NCBI GenBank assembly: GCA_030295235.1
Contig: AP026142.1
Location: 124,001 to 188,000, forward strand
Length of the DNA stretch: 64,000 nt
Direction of reading: 5' to 3'
Source of the DNA: Fistulifera solaris
Taxonomy: Eukaryota
Part shown: piece by piece, positions 1 through 11,176 of the stretch
How the letters are laid out: each line of letters opens with the position of its first letter
Position numbering within the stretch: position 1 is the first letter of the stretch
Position numbers and translations under genes: made by a program
Notes under the pieces: model-generated
Seen by the model: the letters and a program-made list of their open reading frames with translations, nothing else
Told to the model about the DNA's origin: nothing
The model's database searches: none

Positions 1-844
1 CAGTTACATCTGTCTTTGTGTGCTTGAAGTTTATCTGCATTGCATCGAACTTTGTCCAGGACAAGTGACTAAGCTTCAATTTTGCCGTATTGTTACTGCG
101 GCAAGCAAGATTCCATGTGAGACAAATGAAACAAGCAGCAAGCAAGCTGTCAACTGATGCATATTCTAGCAGCCATTTGAGGATTGAACGGTACAGCTCG
201 GTGGATATAGCCTCCTTGCCTTCATTGAGCTCATCACGGTCGTCTTCCTCATCATCGCTACTGTCGCCATTTCCATCTTCATTCTCGTCTTCATTCTGAG
301 GACTCCTATTACTCCGCTTCCTTCCAAATCCCTTCCAATAGTTTCCAATGCGCTGCTTGTACTCCTCCGTGGGACCCCGTCCATTATGACAACGTAACAA
401 ATGAAAGATGGCAGAGCGTTTTCCCTTGTAGGATGATCGTGAAAGCGCTTTCCCAGTTTGCTGATTGGCCCCCGATGCAATGTACTTCATAACAAGGCCA
501 GGAGTAATGTTCTCTTCAATAACAAGAGGACTGTTTCTGGCATTGCGAATCAGATTCATATAAACAGCTTTCACCCGAGCTCTATGTTTCTTCTTGCTCT
601 CGCCTTCATTGGGATCTCGACAATCTTTAACTGTTTCTTTAGCAAGTTCCGTCAAAAGCTCCGATGTCTCGTCAACATTTTGCACAGCACACCAGTTGAT
701 GAAGTGTATGATGCCATTACAATAGGAACTAAAGACGTTTTCGAAACAATCCCATCATCCATCTGCTGTAGTGACATTGGTCGTTGCAAGGACCACGCGG
801 CCTGCAACGACATTTGCTTGTACTGGTACGTTTTGAGCTGACAT
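1..844 (-). mobile_element. Crypton-like DNA transposon, tyrosine recombinase ORF (partial, runs off the left edge)
   Basis: Manual translation of the minus strand is open from 754 to the window edge and is absent from the ORF track: ...YCNGIIHFINWC...LSRSSYKGKRSAIFHLLRCH...EGKEAISTELYRSILKWLLEYASVDSLLAACFICLTWNLACRSNNTAKLKLSHLSWTKFDAMQINFKHTKTDVT. The EGK....ELY, LTWNL.CR (catalytic Arg at 98-100) and HTKTD (Lys at 14-16) motifs fit stramenopile Crypton tyrosine recombinases. Possible ATG at 844; in-frame TGA at 755-757. Confidence 0.8.
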
Positions 845-1001
845 GATGAGGTTTCTGTTGGTTATGGTAGTAACAATTCTTGGAATAAAAGGCTGTAATT
901 GTCATTTGCACCATTGTTGTGGGCTCAGCTGTGGGTGCTTTTGCGGTTCGGATTTTTGCCAAGTAAGAACTTGTCACTCCTGTAGAAAAGCTACCAGCCA
1001 A

Positions 1002-1209
1002 AATTTGTCCGGCAATTGTCTCAAGTTTGCCGACGATTGATTCTCTACAAAAAGACACGTTGCACTTGTACGAAAAATGATCTGAAGATGTTTTACCATT
1101 ATCGACGATTGCCGGACAAGCGGTCCGCAAACAGACGGGTACGTATGTAGAAAGTCTACTAGAAACAAGTTGAGTAGCGCACCGCGACCCAATTTGTCCG
1201 GCATTTGTC
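1002..1209. repeat. Three copies of a quasi-palindromic TTGTCCGGCAAT motif (two direct, one inverted) upstream of the recombinase ORF
   Basis: aatttgtccggcaattgtc (1002-1020) and aatttgtccggcatttgtc (1191-1209) match at 18/19. Inverted copy gacgattgccggacaa (1104-1119) matches the core at 15/16. Confidence 0.8.
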
Positions 1210-1438
1210 AATTAACCTTCGTTCATCTATCTGACATATTTGGTACCGCTACGCTACATAGACGCGCTGTAGATAAGCTCTGAAAAATCATGCCGACAAA
1301 CCAAAAAACGGATAAGACGCGAAAAGTCCGCTTTCGTTTGTTCGTTGACGTAGATACGAGTTTGCGGGAAACGAACATAAATGTTCACAACAATTATTCA
1401 TTCCCTTTTATATCTTTGCCTTGCAAAAACGAGTATCT

Positions 1439-2164
1439 ATGTCGAGTTCACAAGACGAAACCTCTCCGATGAAACGCCATAAAGTCGCTAAAAGCGATGC
1501 GGGAGGTACGAAAACAAGCAATGCTTCTCCTAAATCGTATCTCGCCAATGCCAGTTCACCCACCGGCGTATCAGCTCCAATCGTTCAGCTGAATGTAGGA
1601 GGTACACTTTACAAAGTATCACTCGACACGCTGATGCGATTTGAGGATTCGATGCTAGCAAATCTCGTTTCGGGAAAGTGGAAAGAAGGTAAAGGTGACG
1701 ACGAAATCTTTATTGATCGCAATGGCCGACGTTTCGAATGGGTACTTGATTACTTGCGCTCGGATCGAGTGTATGTACCATCTTTATCTGATCAATCTGC
1801 ATTGAAAGATGAGTTTGACTTTTTCGGTATCGATGCTGATATGAGCAAAGTTTCGGTCATGGACGACTATTCTTCAATTAAGCAACTTACGAAAGAGATC
1901 AAGGAGCATAAAGGGATCATTGAGCATAAAAAGAAGAAGATAGCTGCCATGAAAGAGTCGTATAAGCTGGCTGGAAGATTTGCGAATGCTGTAGACCGTC
2001 ACGGGACTTTTATGGAGATGACCATCGAAAAGGACGTTGACCATGATCTGCTCAGTAAATGCTTGCAATCACGTGGACTGCACGTTGTTTCTTATGCCAG
2101 CAACGAATCGGGTGCACCTGTGGTGAACATTTGCCCAATCGGAGAGAAGGATCAATTTCTTTAG
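1439..2164 (+). CDS. BTB/POZ (KCTD/T1-type) domain protein
   Basis: IVQLNVGGTLYKVSLDTLMRFEDSMLANLVSGKW...IFIDRNGRRFEWVLDYLR...EFDFFGI is the T1-type BTB signature, followed by a short coiled coil. First ATG at 1439. Confidence 0.9.
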   Translation: MSSSQDETSPMKRHKVAKSDAGGTKTSNASPKSYLANASSPTGVSAPIVQLNVGGTLYKVSLDTLMRFEDSMLANLVSGKWKEGKGDDEIFIDRNGRRFEWVLDYLRSDRVYVPSLSDQSALKDEFDFFGIDADMSKVSVMDDYSSIKQLTKEIKEHKGIIEHKKKKIAAMKESYKLAGRFANAVDRHGTFMEMTIEKDVDHDLLSKCLQSRGLHVVSYASNESGAPVVNICPIGEKDQFL

Positions 2165-3029
2165 ATTTTTACAGAGTGTCAGACAGCTGGTACGATCTCT
2201 GTCGTCAGAAGAGTTCCAGCGAGACTCCAAGCTTTGCTGCGATTGCTTGTTCGGGTCGATCATGTTGCATAATATTGAGATAAAAAATTCTATTCCCGTA
2301 CACGTTCAAGATGCCAGTTAGTCGTCCAGCTTTCCGGAAAAGAATCGCAGACACAAGTTGGGTGAAAGAGAATTAGAAAGCTAGATACCTCCTTACTTAT
2401 CTCTGATGTGATCATATCACCTCAACGGTCCGAAGAGCAGCAAGAAGAAGATAGGTGTAGGAAATCTTAAACACCATGGTGGGTTGAATTCTCTATTCAC
2501 CTGCATATTATCCGTACTTATGTGGCAAACCGAATCAAATTTCTTTCAGAAGCCTCATCACACAGTTGACCTTTATTCATGAACTTTTATCATTCTTGTG
2601 GTGTGTCATGAGCGCCAATTCTCCAAACTCCTCAGCGAGCTTACGTGTCCGTAGGAACTAAAAATACTTTGATGCGATCTTGTTCCGCGGATTACATTTC
2701 TTCACGACAAAAATATCGATACATCGTTTTACGTTTCTCGCCGATCGATGATCATTGTCGTCAAAATGGCTCATCATCCTTACCATGCGTCATAATTGTC
2801 ACCGTGTTCATCGTTCGTACTATGATTGTGGTTCGAATTTCGGATCTTTGTGTTTGTTTTACTCATCGTCGCGATCTCGGAACAGTGCATGCGTTTTTTT
2901 GCGCGAAGCTCCGCATGTCACAAAGCAAGGTGATACGGTACTCCTACGGTACTGATCCGCTAAGAACACAACGCCTCCAGGATCATGTATAGGAGAGAGA
3001 GTAGCCTGACAAGGAAAGACCGCGTATCT

Positions 3030-3164
3030 TGACGTCACGCTGCGCGAGGCTTTCTCGTTTTCACGGAAATGCCACGTCCCATTCGAGAAAGAGTCTCCGT
3101 AAGTGACGTGACTCAAAGCAAACTTCAGACACGTGACACGTTTTTTGACGGGAAAAGCCACGTG
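3030..3164. promoter_or_regulatory. Cluster of ACGT-core (CRE/G-box-like) motifs
   Basis: TGACGTCA (3030), GCCACGTC (3071), TGACGTGA overlapping TGACTCA (3104-3115), CACGTG (3130), CACGTT (3137) and GCCACGTG (3157) within about 135 bp of intergenic DNA. Function is inferred only. Confidence 0.35.
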
Positions 3165-3723
3165 CGCCTGTCCGGTGTGTTGCATGGGTACCTGATATAG
3201 ACCAAAGTGCCGCAATGGCTCTTCATCGAATCTGTTTTATCGAGACGAGGTGAGACGAGACGAGACGAACTTATCTGACACCTCTGGCGGAGTCACCGAG
3301 AGCTCACCAAGCACCGCGCGCGCATAAATCAAAATCAATTACCAGGAAATCACAGGCATCATTGGGATGGAACGCACCTCGTGACTTTGCTCGGTTTTTC
3401 TGAGTGCCCCGTAATCGCATTTCTATTAATCTCCCAACCGTCGGGCTGACTCGGGTAGTCGTGAACGTAATACGTAGTATTTTTTCTCCGTTTCCCGATA
3501 CTTTACCAAGACCGCTGGGCCACTATTAAGAGTGATCATTGGCGAGTCGAGTTGAAGAAAACCCACAGCCGTCAGAAGAATGAAGCCATAATATCAAGCC
3601 ATCGCATTTGGTTTCACTGCATTTCGTTTGAAACTGGCGACGATGAAGACACCTCACGACCAAGCTGCTTCTGACGAAGAGAGTAAATCGCCCACAGCAG
3701 ACCCCGTTGATGCCAAGGTGGAT

Positions 3724-4168
3724 GAACACATTTTGGACTACCTCCACTCCGATCGCGTCTTTGTCGTCGATGTATAACCAGACAGCCCGCGCTTTCGAGC
3801 GAGTTTGAGTATTTGGTATCGAGGCGGATAAGAAAAACGTGTCTATGACGGATGATTTTGCATTGATTGATACGCTCACGCAAAAGATCAAAACGCATAA
3901 GTTGGCCATTCAACAAAAGAAGAAGATTGCAGCAATCAAGGAGTCGTATCGTTTAGTCGGAGAGTTTTCGAAATATGTTGGCGAGTATGGACTGTATTTA
4001 AAACTTCGTATCAGCAAGGATGTCGACAATGAGCTGCTTCGATTTTGTTTGCTCTCCCGCGGGCTTTTTGTTGTATCGTTCAATTCGGATGAACCTGCCG
4101 CTAAATTTGTCTCTGCAGACAAGAAGATTTGCGGACGGCGCAAACAGTGGTCTTTTTTAAAAAATTGA
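3724..4168 (+). pseudogene. Truncated, degenerate paralogue of the BTB gene at 1439-2164
   Basis: EHILDYLHSDRVFVVDV* (3724-3777) aligns to EWVLDYLRSDRVYV. After a frame change, FGIEADKKNVSMTDDFALIDTLTQKIKTHK...KKKIAAIKESYRLVGEF...SKDVDNELLRFCLLSRGLFVVSF aligns to the parent C-terminus. The N-terminal half of BTB (LNVGG...DRNG) is not recognisable, and there is an in-frame stop. Confidence 0.8.
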
Positions 4169-4464
4169 AGGTGAGGACGACGTATTATTAGACAAAGAGC
4201 TTCTCCGGGAATGTCCGCTGTCTTGCGGGCTACATGTGGAGCGATAAGGGGAAACAAGCGCTGGCAAACCCTCTGCTTTCTTATGCATCAAGGGTATATG
4301 GAAGACAAAATCCAAAGACATTACTGAAGAAATTTCTTGTTGTGCACATCACTTTTCATGGATTTATTAGAAACTGACTAGCTACTTTATAAGACTTAGC
4401 ATGGCTCTATCGCGTCCATGGCGAATAACAATTCTTTCTCAACACGATCAAATATTCTCATTCG

Positions 4465-5912
4465 TCATTGCACATTCCCAGAGGGCTCCTGTATCAACTG
4501 ATAACCCTTGTTGCCGAACGCTGTGCAATATCCAAAAAAATGATCTGTGTCAAACGATCCTGTTCCTCTACCACTTCGTCCCCACGATTGTTCCATCAGA
4601 CTCCGTTCTCGAAACCACGCATGGTGAAATTGACGACACAATCGATTTTCGAGGGCATCCGCGGCATGTCGCATACACAGCCACGGCTTTTGACATACGG
4701 TATAATGAACCAACGCGACACTGGAAATATCTCGTGCTCGACAATCTTCACACTCATCCGTTCCCGTATAACATGCACCGTGCGGCTGATCATGAACGAT
4801 TCCATCATTCCGTGATGGTGATCCCATGTTGTTGAATGTACACCAATTCAACGCAATCGACTGTCCCGGATGCAGGATGTGATAATAGTACGGCATGATC
4901 CCCTGAAAAGTTTGACCACCCCAGAATTTGCCCGTTTGTCCACCCCAACCTCCGCGGTCTCGAAAATCTCCTTCCTTGACGATTTGAACGAATTCGTCGT
5001 ACACTGCTTGGTTTGGTCTCAAAATAACGAATCCTCCTTGAAAGGGTTTAATCTTTCGTGATGGTGGGACCATGGCATAATCCATTGTATGCATGACTTG
5101 TAAATTGCCGCTCTTCAAAATTTTCCGTGTTTCATGTTCCTCCTCTTTGTCATGAACCATGAACAAGTGCCGCAGTTGTTCCGTAGAGAACGAGGCATCC
5201 GTCCTCTGCAATAATATATCAAACAGTGGATCCAGAGGTTGCAGTAATAACGTATCCAAATCGAGTAGTACCACAATCTCATGTTGTACTAACGTATACG
5301 CTTCCAATTTTAACAATTCCTTTCCCCACAACAACCATTTTTGGTAATGTGCGTTCGCAAAAATTCTCCTTGAATGTCTTCGACCGAAACCAAGACGTTG
5401 CGTTCCAGCAATCGATATCCGTACGGTTGCAATGTTTGCGCACAGGCGTAGGCATCGGGATGATACAATGCGTACATTTGATAGTTGTAGTTGGTGCTGG
5501 ATTGTCTCTGAATCGAATGTTGCAAGACCGCCGCGCCTTCGGTAATGGGAAAAGGTTCTTCGTCCCGCATCGGTGTCCCACAGCCGGTAATGGTGACAAC
5601 ATAGGCAACAGTGATTGTGTTTTGTGAAGACGTCTGGGTTGTATTCGTTGTCGTGGCCGGAAGGTTCCGAGGAGAGGATACTGCTTGATGAGAAGTCGAT
5701 GAAGAAGACGATGTGTTGTGATGATAATGATTCTTCGACGAAACGGAATGCCACGCTTGTGTGTAAACGTATACAATGACAGTAAGAACTGACACTAGAA
5801 GGACGACTTTCGGTGAACGCGCTGACGATATTATTCGTTTTCGTTTCAAAGGCATTGTTGTAATGAGTGCGTTTCGATCATCCTCACGCGTCGGTCGCAC
5901 TCGTTGTTGCAT
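4465..5912 (-). CDS. Glycosyltransferase family 8-like type II membrane protein (one 1-bp frameshift near 5321)
   Basis: ORF 5310-5912 (N-terminal TM helix, TVAYVVTITGC, EGAAVLQHSI, NGCCGE) joins ORF 4465-5754 (KELLKLEAYTL, DLD DxD motif, FQGGFVILRP, VHYTVCQKPW). One A is missing in gaaagg versus gaaaagg in the paralogue. Confidence 0.88.
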
Positions 5913-6799
5913 CCTTTTGCAAGTTCTACTTTCTAGGCCGATAAGATCAATTGTTGAGCCTTTTCGAACCAGACGTTTAGGCAGATGAATAAGCAGAACT
6001 CAAGTACGAGGCATTAACGCAATGTTATGATGAATAAGAATGACAATACAATCAATACCTGATGGTAAAAAAAACAAAAAGGCGTCATTGTTGTATTTGT
6101 GCCTCGTCCGTCGAAAATGTACTATACTACCTAAATGTACCCGGACGACGGTCATGAGTCGTGAGTCATGAATATCATGAATCATCACACCGAGTAAGTC
6201 GTGAGGTCCTTTTGATTGCCTCGTGAGTTCATCTGGGTCCGGAACCAGATTGCGGTTCTTTTAGTCTCTCCTTTCTAATTACTTAGCGATGGCGTAGACC
6301 ATTTTTGTTCAAGACTCAAGACACCTCTCCAACCCTAGCATTCACTGAGTAGTTGCGATTATCCTTCAAGGTGTAGGCGACCTTTGATCGTGACTGGTCC
6401 TTCAAAAGCGAGTCACGAACTGATTTCGTACGGCTGTATGTACAATTCCCTTCCGCGATGATCGTCTATTCTTTGGCACGTTGGCTTCTGCAAGCAAACT
6501 TATCTCCAAGTCCAAAGCTACAATTGTGGACTATGATCCCCTTGTTTGTTTTTTAAAAAAAATCGAAAATCCTATCGGATCGTCCCGTTCAAAACCGACT
6601 ATAGTCACATAGTGTCATTCGGTTTATTGTAATGCAGGCCATTTCGGAGACAAAAATCTTAAACAGTACCGGTACGAGTGGAAGTGACACCATAACAGTC
6701 ATTTTCGCATTCCGATGGAAACAAATAACTTATTGACGCCCAAGAACTTGAATCAAACCCATTGTATCCGTAGCCATTAAACCAACACACAAGACTAAG

Positions 6800-8148
6800 A
6801 TGGTACACGTCCGCTCGACTCAACAACGGAGACGACAAGCCGCATCGAAAGGAGTGGTGTTAATCGGTGTTTGTGTTGTCACTGTTCTCATCTTTTCCTT
6901 TGTGACGATTACGCTTTTGAATATTTTGCATTTTTATCACTTTGTGACCTTTGATAATGATTCAATAAGAATTGAGGCTTCTTCCAATGGATTAAGGAAG
7001 AAGCCACAATCGTCTCTCAACAGCAACAGTAACACCGACACATTACTACGAGATCCACCGACACTGCAAAAGAATGTTACCATCGCGTATGCCGTCACGG
7101 TCACCGGATGTGGAAAAGATCCGTTAATTGAAGGAGCAGCTGTTTTGCAACATTCGATACGGACACGAGCAAGTCGCGCCTATCATTCGCATTTTGTCGT
7201 CTTTTATCCTCCGGAAGCGGCAATGTGTGTCGAACCTTTGCAATCGCTGGGCTTCGAATTGATACCCCGACAGGTTTTGGTAAATGTATCCGACATTCAG
7301 GGTGATTTCTTGCGGACGCAAATTACCAGTAATGGATGTTGTGGTGAAAAGGAATTGTTAAAATTGGAAGCCTATACGTTGGTGCAATATCCGATCGTCG
7401 TGCATTTGGATTTGGATGTATTGATCTTACAATCCATGGATGCGTTGTATAATTCCATGCTGTTGCAACAACCCGTACCGTCGACGATTTTACAATCACC
7501 ATCACAGTCAATACCCACCCAGGTGAATGCCTTTTTACATACGATTACAATATGGTACAACCACATGTACAATATAAACCGGTTCAAGGAGGATTTCTCG
7601 TATTGCGTCCTAGTTTACAAGTCTATCAAGAGTACAAAGACATTGTTTTGAAGGGAGATTTTCGACAAAACAAAGGATGGGGTGGTTTGGTCGGTCCGTT
7701 TTACGGGAGTATGACGTTTCAAGGCATTGTTCCGTATTATTACAATGTCTTGAAAGTGGGCAAGCAATCCGTCGAATTGAATCGTTGCATTTACAATCAA
7801 ATGGCCGACAATCCACGCACGGGGAAAACGGTCAATGATCAAGTCAGTGGAAAGTGTCGAACCAATACCGAAACGTGTGAAGATTGTCGAGAACGGCCGA
7901 TCCAGGATATTGTTACGACACATTATACGTTATGTCAAAAACCGTGGTGGTGTGTCCCCCATAACGCCAACACTTTGCAACATCGTTTGTGTCGTCAATT
8001 GACGCAGGTGTGGTATCAAGTACGGAGTGAATTGGAAAAATCGTGGGAACGGTCCGGACAAGGTCCAGGAACATATGATGTGGAACAATTTTATGGTTTT
8101 TGTACCAAACCAGGTAAAGAGGGATATGTCCCCATGGTACTGCCATGA
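6800..8148 (+). CDS. Glycosyltransferase family 8-like type II membrane protein, paralogue (one 1-bp frameshift near 7532)
   Basis: TM anchor, TIAYAVTVTGC, EGAAVLQHSI, GCCGEKELLKLEAY, HLDLD; after a T-run frameshift: FFTYDYNMV...VQGGFLVLRP...TTHYTLCQKPW. Confidence 0.88.
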
Positions 8149-8387
8149 CGAAAGCAAAGTGAGCGACCAGCTACCGAAACATACTCATAAATAAATTTTG
8201 TAACCATGTAGTTAAAGTGGGAAAGAGAGAATACCGCAGGATCGTCTATGGTTCACGTATTCATCTCGGTGTTATTTACTAAAAAGGAAGGAGTATGGTC
8301 CTTCCTCCTCTATGTTTTCGTTTCCACGAATGGAGCATGCGTGATGGTGAAAGAAAAAAGAGCGCGTGTGTGACGTCAAAGTGGACC

Positions 8388-10254
8388 TTATTCCACACGA
8401 CAAGTACCATCCCAGCACGACGGTCCCGCAGCCGGTACAATTCGAATAATGTTGGCAGCACCGGGCGTACCGAACGGCAAACCCGCCGTCACCACCAACA
8501 AATCGTCCGGATCACTCACCAATCCCTTTTTCAGGGCGGCACGGCACGCATTTCGCAAGACCAAATCAAAATCATCGGTCGACTGTTCTTGCAAGGCACT
8601 GTCGTACGTCATGGCATTCTCGTCTTGAACAATGTATCCGTACGAACCGGCCGTGGGTAGATCCGGGTACACACCCCAGCTGAGAGCTAACTGACGACTG
8701 GTTTCTTTGAAGGGACACAACGCCATGATGGGGACGGCCGGTCGAGCCTTACTGGCACGCAAGACCGTCGAACCACGGAGCGAAAAGCACACAATACTCT
8801 TGGCCTTGATGGTTTGACTAATCTGGTAGGCGGCATGAATGATCGCATCCGTGGGAGTATTCTCGGGACTGGGAGCATTCTGCACCAAGTACGAGCGGTA
8901 ATGACTATCACTTTCGACGCGATTGATGATGCGCTGTTGCATCGTCACACTTTCTTCCGGATACTTGCCGGCAGCCGACTCGGCCGACAACATGATGGCA
9001 TCGGCTCCATCATAAATTGCCGTCGCCACATCACTGGCTTCGGCTCGTGTCGGAGTCGGCGCTTCAATCATACTTTCCAACATTTGCGTCGCCACAATCA
9101 CCGGCCGACCCCGTTGACGACATTTATCAATGATTTGTTTCTGCAACAAGGGCACATCCTCGGGAGGACATTCGACACCCAAATCACCACGTGCCACCAT
9201 GATGCCGTTGCACAATTCGACGATGCGTTCCAGATTGTCGCCAATGAAGCAACTGGGTTTTTCAATTTTGGCCATGACGGCGGGCTTGAAAGCTCCCTGC
9301 GGCAATTTGGCATCAATAAGGGCATTGATTTCGACAATATCCGCGGGTGTTTGCACAAACGACAGAGCGATCCAATCGACACCAATGGATAACATGTAAT
9401 CCAAATCACTGCGATCTTTGGGAGTGAGGGCACTGATCGCCAAAACACTGTCGGGTGTATTGACACCCTTACGGTCCTTGACACGGCCTTCGACATCGAC
9501 GCGGCAATCGAGATAGCCGGGGCCTTTGCCAATGACAGTGAATTTGACTTTTCCGTCATCAATCAAGAGATTGTGTCCGACTTCACTGGCTTCAATGATT
9601 TCGGGATGCGGCAATTGACAACGTGTGTTATCACCCTTGGTTGGATCCAAATCCAGACGAAAGGTTTGACCCGCCTGTAATACATAACCATCCGGATGAC
9701 TGAATTCACCCAACTGTGCCATACAAAAAAGAAGAAAGGAAGAATGTGAGATGAACCGAAGTAAGGAATGAAAAATACGAACGATTGCAACGATGCGTAT
9801 TCCTCCGAGCCGAACTTACACGCAACTTCGGACCTTGCAAATCCCCCCAAAATGGCAATGGGATGACTGTATTTTTCTTCGACACTGCGAATCATATCGA
9901 GCAATTCTTTCTTTTGTTCTTGAGATCCGTGACTGAAATTCAAACGAAAGACATCGGCACCGGCCAAGAACAATTTTTCAATCATTTCAAGGTTCGACGA
10001 CGCTGGACCCAATGTGACGACTTGTTTCGTCGATTTGCGCCAACGTTGAGCGACTTTGGGGGCGACGGCGACATTTGCCATGGCGGGGGCACTGTTGGAA
10101 GAGCCACCGCCGTAAGTATAACCCATATTGCCGTTCACCGGAGGCGGCATTGTGGCGTAAAGTGCCTGGGTGATGGAAGCCGGAGAGGAAGGTGTCAAAA
10201 GGCCGAGGCTGTCGACACGCATGCGACAAATACGATAGTCGAAGAGAATTTCAT
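8388..10254 (-). CDS. PK: Pyruvate kinase, probably plastid-targeted
   Basis: TKQVVTLGPAS, FRLNFSHG, LIDDG, AKIE, IMVARGDLGVE, IVATQMLESM, PTRAE, DGADAIMLSAESA. Hidden exon start MKFSSTIVFVACVSTASAF (ATG at 10254). Frameshifts near 10198 and 9845; GTAAG...CAG intron at 9714-9819. Confidence 0.95.
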
Positions 10255-11176
10255 TCTGGAAGTAAAAGTAACAGAGACAGAATGAAATAAATTGCAAGAG
10301 ATATGAGAAACAAACGATCTCTCGAATAGTAAGTATTACTTTTATTATACTTCTTCTTTCAATGTTGATCGACGTCAACAAATACGGAGTAATAATTATT
10401 ACGACAGAACAAAAAAAAATCTTGCCGGTGTCGATGGCGCGAGTTTCGTATGTCACTCATTCGTTTGGGACAGTGTTTTCTACTTTCTGTAGTAGCGAAA
10501 CGACACAAAGATCGAAACGGATCTTCAACGTCACTCTGTCTCTCGTCCCGAAATGGGGTACGTCGGTCAAAAAAAAAATAATGCGCAAGTGACGTTGGCT
10601 TGCCACTGCGTCGTAGTAGGCACGTTTCGACTTTCTGTCGCAGTGTTTTGTCTTGGTACACAAGTTACGATACGGAGACGTCACCTTCTCTTGGAGGGAG
10701 ACAACCGAGTGTTTCAAAACGGACGACAGGCGGGCGTCTCCAGTCACGGTTTTTCATTCCCGAACAATGTTTTGGCTACTGGCTACTGGCTACCAGGTAC
10801 TGGTAGAATTTCACTTACTACTTTATGCTACTGGTATCCGAGAGAGAAACAAAAAATGTTTTTGCTACTTTCTACCTATCTGGTACGGAGTCTCATTTAT
10901 CATCATCATACCTGCTATCATCTCCGAGCTTGTATCGTTATTGAACTTACGTCCAAAAAAACTATGAAAAACCCAATACGTGACTATATATATAATAGAG
11001 AGAATTCATGCAGATAATGATCATGATAATGGATGAATGTATTGTTTTACATGAATCATGAAGAAAATGATGACACTGGTTTCTCTTGTCAAACTCACGT
11101 GCTTCCATCCTATTATTTTGCGACAAAATTTTGAATCACACGTGTGCTATCCCTCTCTAGAGTTGCCGCTTTTCTT

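Noticed and set aside
729..1211. 160-aa minus ORF with a Cys-rich end (CRCRPRGPCNDQC)
   Set aside because: It overlaps the start of the recombinase frame and its upstream repeats and has no coherent domain; probably a shadow ORF.
2645..3215. Short ORFs between the BTB gene and its copy
   Set aside because: No recognisable domains and mostly non-ATG starts; treated as intergenic.
8295..9562. Long antisense and alternate-frame ORFs over pyruvate kinase (and similar ones over TOP2, BCKDHB and GOT1)
   Set aside because: Typical shadows of codon bias opposite real genes; no independent motifs.
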